The position numbers were made by a program, and so were the translations under genes. Below are positions 57,137 through 64,000 of a stretch of 64,000 nucleotides of DNA, one piece after another. The stretch lies in NCBI RefSeq assembly GCF_009914755.1, contig NC_060926.1; one strand, 5' to 3'. The stretch is from the human T2T-CHM13v2.0 reference genome, Homo sapiens. Each line of letters starts with the position of its first letter. The first letter of the stretch is position 1. Below the pieces are notes generated by a model that was not told the origin of the DNA, did not search any database, and saw only the letters and a list, made by a program, of their open reading frames with translations.

Positions 57137-58739
57137 ATATAGTTCCTCAAATTCATACTTCTCTTTTTCTCTTTAGTTTTACTGGAGTTGATTGTGGGAG
57201 GAGGAGCCAGCCACCTATATGATTTCCTCAATTTAACAAGAAATTGTCACTTGTTTTTCTAATTCCATACACATGCTGCCCTGTCTATCTTATCTGACTC
57301 CTTTTTTTGTTTGTTTGTTTGGAAAACTGCTTCTCATTTCTGCATCTAGTTTATTTGTGATGTAGTCTTGGAAAATTTTTTTCACTGCAGACAAATATGT
57401 CTGTTTCCTCCTTGTGCTACTCTAGCACTTGATAGAAGACTGAATTGTATTGCCATTCACTGCCCTTTTGAATTGTATTGCCATTTTTTCTTCATTTCTG
57501 TCTCACCAGGGTAAGGAACCATTCATGTTTCTTTTAGTATCCTGAATTAAGTACAGAACCTGACTCATGATATGTATTTAGTAAGTGTTTAAGTGAATTT
57601 GAGATGAAAAACTACACTGAAGTGTTCTGTGATGGAAAAGCTTGGACTAGAACCCAGGTCTCCTGCTTCTCCTGTCCATCCTCCTTCTCAGAATAATTTA
57701 TAAAGTCTCCAAAACGCAATCTTGAAACAATGCCAATTCAGTTGCAGGGGATAAAGCAATGCCACAAGAGCATTTGCATCTGAACGGGCAAGCCGTGCCA
57801 CACATTTTGATTTGACAGAGCATCTTTAATATAAACAAGTATCCCAAAGAATCTTAACAATTCACAGATAATGGAATTACAAATATAAATAATTTACAGC
57901 AGAAGAGATAAAGAAACTAAAAGGATAACAACCAATATGAAAAGGGCAGAGGTAACTGACTTTAGAGTTCAAATTCATAACATATTGGAGAGGTAGATGG
58001 GACCCAGGGTCATAGAGAGGCCATTACAGAGTACAAAGTCTTTAGAGGACAAGGCGGCTACTCTAAGTATGAAGAACATTTGCGGGCAGATGGAAAAGAG
58101 GCGAGTGCAAAGCAAACAGACAAGACAAGAAATATCCTTGGGAGGCGAAACCAGTGAGCTAAATTCAATCTGGTTTTAATCTCTTTCTATTTTAACATCA
58201 AGTTTAATATCAAGTATTTGGAAGGCAGTTTAAGCAGAAAAAAAAATCCTGTGTATAGTTTTCTTCATTTGTTAGAGGATAGAATAATGCAGTCACAGTC
58301 TTATAAACTCAAGAAAACAGAGAACAGGCAATACATTCCTGTGACTCTCCTCCAGGGTAATGAGTGGCCTGGCTCGTCTGGGCCTGGATCACTCTGTTTA
58401 TTATTAATCATTAAGAACTTGCATTCTATTCAGATTCAGTTTTATTAGTTCCCTGTAGGTTCTGCTGGTCAGGAAAGGGTTACAGATCAATCCTTACTTT
58501 ATAGGTGAGGATGCTGAGCTGTGGAGAGTATAAGGGTTTTAAATAATCTTGGACTTAGACATGATTTTGGTATGACTTGATTTGTTGGCATTCTGCATTG
58601 TGTTCATTCATAAACATATGTTTATGTTCATTCATAAACATAAATCTCTCTCATTTGGTTCAATGGCCAAAGCCTAAATCAATTAAGAGAAATTTAGGTG
58701 TATAAGTCATCCTAAGGTATAGCTGTACTTAAGTCATCA

Positions 58740-58880
58740 GTTAGAGATGAGGAAACTGAGGCTCCAAAAGGTTAAATGACTTAATTGCAATCTAAGCAGA
58801 GTTGGTTCATGGTATAGGCAGGCCTAGAACTCAAATCTGCTGATTTTCAGTTCTGTTTTCTTAGAAACAATACTACCTCC
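58740..58880 (-). mobile_element. MIR
   Basis: agatgaggaaactgaggctccaaaaggttaaatgactt ... ctagaactcaaatctgctga. Confidence 0.85.
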
Positions 58881-59042
58881 TGTGTCCTGATTAGAAAAGC
58901 ATAAGTCACGCTCCAAAGTGACCCTCTAACATGACAAAGCTTACAATAATCTGCTTAGACTGCTGTGAAATAAGTGGTGCTAAAAGATCCGTCAATGGGA
59001 TGAAATAAATTATAACATAAACTTTAAAAAATAACTTGGCAG

Positions 59043-59377
<335 letters not shown>

Positions 59378-59780
59378 CTACTTCAAAATAGCCCTTTCAA
59401 AGGAGAGCACTTTTTTTTCCTAGAAAAGGAACCCATTAATGATTTCGAAAAAATTAATTTATTGCATCTCACTCATTGGCCCCAAAGAAGACTAAGGAGA
59501 TTAGATTTAGCATTTGGAGGAGTGGAATCAAGAAAAGACAAAGAATATGAAACATTGTTGAAGAAGAGCAAATATTTCACTGGTAGCAAAGGACTGTGAC
59601 AGTTCTACCTATGTGATAAATAGACCCAATATTCTTATTTTTCCCCATGTTTTAAATTTAACTAAACACCAATATTCTTGTTTTCCAGTAATGTTAATAT
59701 TAATATCTTGAATATCTTAAAAATTATTTCATGAATCCTTAATCTTAGCCTGTGAAGAGAAAGATCATAATGTTGGGAGT

Positions 59781-60713
<933 letters not shown>

Positions 60714-60849
60714 ATAGGCATAGTGGGTTTGAAGAACTCATTAAGATATCACTCTCTACATAAATAAACATGTTGTAAGGACTACTTATTGGCCAAGGAA
60801 TGCATTCTACCTTAACCTATAGCAATAAATTTGTAGCCTGAAACATAAC

Positions 60850-61214
60850 TGCAATGGACTAAATGTTTGTGCCCCTCCCCCAAGTTCTGTGTTCAAATCT
60901 TAACCCCCATATAGTGATAATAGCAGGTGAGGCCTTTGAGAGTTAATTAGATCATGAAGGTGGTACCCTCATGAATGGTATTAACACCCTTAAAGGAGAC
61001 ACCAGAGAGCTCTCTCATCTTCTTACCGCAAGTAAAGATACAATGAGGAATCAGCAGCCTGCAACCCAAAAGAGGACTTTCACCAGAACTTAACCATGCT
61101 GGCACCCTGCTCTTGGACTTTTAGCCTCCAGAATGGTAAGAAATAAATTTGTATTTTTTTATAAGCCACTCAGTCTATGGCACTTTGTTATAGCTGCCTG
61201 AACTGACTAAGCCA
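60850..61214 (+). mobile_element. MLT1A-like MaLR LTR
   Basis: tgcaatggactaaatgtttgtgcccc ... ccatgctggcaccctgctcttggactt ... gaactgactaagcca. Confidence 0.9.
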
Positions 61215-64000
61215 AGGCCTTCTCAGAAAAACACAATATTTCTTTGACTTCCCTTGCATTTAGATTTGGTATTTGACTAAATGTCGGCCAATGGGATATA
61301 AGCCGATATATATATATAAAACTTCTGACTCATCTTTAACTTTACAGTTTTGAATGTGGCCTGGACCAGTCTTCTCTTTTCTTTCCCATAAGATGCAACA
61401 TACTAAGGGATAGCAGAGTTTGTAAATTAATAGAAACTGAGTCCCAGGATGACAATTAAGATCAGGACCAGCCTTGAGATTGTTTGTGAGAAGGGAATAA
61501 ATTGTTTTCCTTTTTAAATTTGTTCATAGTATTGTGGGGTACAGCAGGTTAGTCTTTCCCCTTATTAATAGAAGGTATTGAAAAGTTACCCAATGCATAG
61601 ATCATTGCTATCTGTAGATATGAAAATGCCGGGGAGAATAGCTCTAACAGAGAAATGAGAAAATTGGTTAAGGTGGTCAATTGAGGAAGGGAAACTGAAA
61701 ATAAGAGTGAAATTCAAACTAACTCAATACCTGGAGTACCCTAGTCAAATGCAGGACAAAGACCATTTAAAGTATATACTTTGACGTACCACTTCTAGAC
61801 AAGGGGACTTCCTCTAGGAATTTACTTCTAGAGTAATCATTAGCCGTTTCTTGCCACCAAATGCAAATAAGACCCTGAAATAGTCTCTTTTAAGTTAACC
61901 TCACTTCATTTGAGAAATTCCCAATTCTCTTAAAGTATCTGTCCTTTTCCCTTCCTTTGCCAACTTATTCTTACCTCCTTTATGCATCCAGAATGTTATT
62001 TCTTGTTGTTATCAGCTCTCAGTTTAATACTGAGGCTGGCTAGCTTGCATGAGTTAGCTTGGATTAAACTGCAAAGTAGGTTTCTGTCTTCATGAACTAC
62101 CACTTTTATTGCTCAGGTTTTTTTTTTTTTTTTTTTTTGTGACTGAGATGGGAATATGGGTTTGAGTAAGGGTATTTTGGTCATCTTTAATGAGAAACAG
62201 GTTAAATTAATAAAAAAAAAACCTAAAAAATGCTAGAGAAGAAAATGATAATAGTAACTTGAGGTGCTGTAATTGGACAGTAAGAGGCATAAATCTGACA
62301 TAACCACAAGACTAAGTGTTATTTTCCCTTGAAGTCATGTCTCCATAACTAAAGCCTGTTTATATGGCAAATAACCCGAGGATTCATTTCATCATAATAT
62401 GTTCAGGTAGTACTGCAGTCTTCTTATTGACTGAAACAATGAGAATCAAATCTCCAACTGTTACTGACTAGTAAAATGTACTAGGTTAATGATTTTTTTT
62501 TTTTAATTTGCCTTCATCAGATAACCCACTATTTTTCTGGCTAATTTGGAATTCAGAAGTAACCTTTGTTTCCTGTTTAGCAATTCTTAACGTTTCCTTT
62601 TTTGTTGTTTGTTTTTGTTTTAACATAGCAGCAGGATAGGACACAATTACTTCACACAGAGTGGCTCACTTTCACGGTGCTCTTGAGTAAATACAGAGAC
62701 CCTGCTCATGTCTGCCTGTATTGAGAATCATCGTTCTAGCACTTCCAGTCAGTTCAGTTCCGTGGGTAATTACGAGCACCTTGGGCTAGTAGAATCCCTT
62801 CCTTCATAGCTTAAATTTTCCCCAGCTCTTCAGAGCTTGCCCATTTTTTCGTGTTTTGGTTCAGGCTATGCAAACTCTGTAAAGTTTGTCCCAGCTCCTC
62901 TTTTTTCCCATTTACATTTCTTGTGTCCAGATCAGTTTTGTTTTTGACCAATGATATGGATGGCATGCTTTATGAGCTCTATGCTGCCTCTTACTTTCTT
63001 CTCATCAATTCTATGACCCAAGGCGACAACATCCTGTCCCACATTTAACCTTTTATTTATTTATTTATTTATTTTTCTGGCAGGCTTTAAGGATAGTTGA
63101 CCAGGGTGAGGAATTCAAACATAATGTGGCACAGGGTTAAGTTAACTAGCTCACATTCAGGTGAAAGAGGAGAGCTTATTAGAACCAAATAATGTAGCTG
63201 TTGATTCCATTGGCTCTGCTTTCTAAGTAGTAACTCAACTGGTCACAGGCACAGTACTTACTAGGTGACTGTATAGGGCAGTATCTGTCTAACTAAGATG
63301 TTCTTAAAAGCTTTTTTTTTTTTATTCCTGAGGATTAGATGACTCAGTTTTTTATTTTTTTTCAGATAAAGGAACATAGTATCAATTTTCTGAGCCCTTA
63401 TATGAGCTAGACTGTTTGATGTTCACTGTCTACTCTCTGACACTCCTACCTAGGATCATGAACCTTTAGTAAAAAGGACCCATAATATACCCTGTCTCTT
63501 AGGTGACTCTATATCCACTGATAAATATTGTAAATTGCTCTTTAAAATTTAGAGATGTTATGATTAACACGCCCTTCCATTCACTCTAACATCATTTCTG
63601 TGAATATCGAGAGGACATATTTGATCTGTTTGATTAGGGCAAGATGGTCAGACAATGGCTGTGCCAGGTCATAGTCTAGCATTTGTGATTACTGGGTCAC
63701 ATGGGCTTCATTATGCTAATAACTATGCTATCCATCCATACAGATATTTAACTTACTGACTTCGAGGTTATTTCAGATATTTTCCATATCTTGGGGAAAT
63801 TATACGTCATTAGATGTAAAGTCATTTTAATTAAGGGTACATTAAAAGTAAAAAACAAATTATTGATGGGGTAATGTCTCAAGCATCAGCAGACTCCATG
63901 AATGAGAGCAGTACTGCTCAGACACCAATCATTCTTGTCTTTAGCTGCAGCTTATTTTATTTTTCAGAACCATCTCTAATTAGAGTTTTGAAACGAGACC

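Noticed and set aside
56908-57231. 107-aa K/E/R-rich ORF
   Set aside because: Translation of a CT-rich simple repeat.
57441-57485. 17-bp direct repeat tgaattgtattgccatt around an 11-bp spacer (TSD-like); similar micro-duplications at ~3207, ~17849 and ~30548
   Set aside because: No inserted element between the copies; ordinary slippage duplications.

Overview
This is primate (almost certainly human) genomic DNA: AT-rich, CpG-depleted and dominated by interspersed repeats, apparently intergenic or deep intronic. I found no credible protein-coding exon. The ORF track is explained by Alu, L1 and LTR remnants, low-complexity sequence and chance ORFs, and the only recognisable protein fragments are disrupted L1 ORF2p pieces. 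The first ~150 bp look like the edge of a CpG island. The rest is a layered TE landscape: about 15 Alus (including a young AluYa5 and a near-consensus AluY), nested L1s of several ages, MaLR/ERVL/ERV1 solo LTRs, L2, MIR and MER5A. The most distinctive structure is a 3'-truncated, poly(A)-less 5S rRNA retropseudogene with a perfect 17-bp TSD, inserted into the second copy of an old ~244-bp tandem duplication; the first copy preserves the empty site. Other points of interest are a three-arm Alu inside one TSD pair, a probable microhomology-mediated L1/MaLR fusion, a CpG-rich MER52-like LTR and several template-switch-like micro-rearrangements. I see no evidence for a novel multi-gene biological system. 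Repeat subfamily names come from remembered consensus sequences and need Dfam/RepeatMasker confirmation; boundaries of old elements are approximate.
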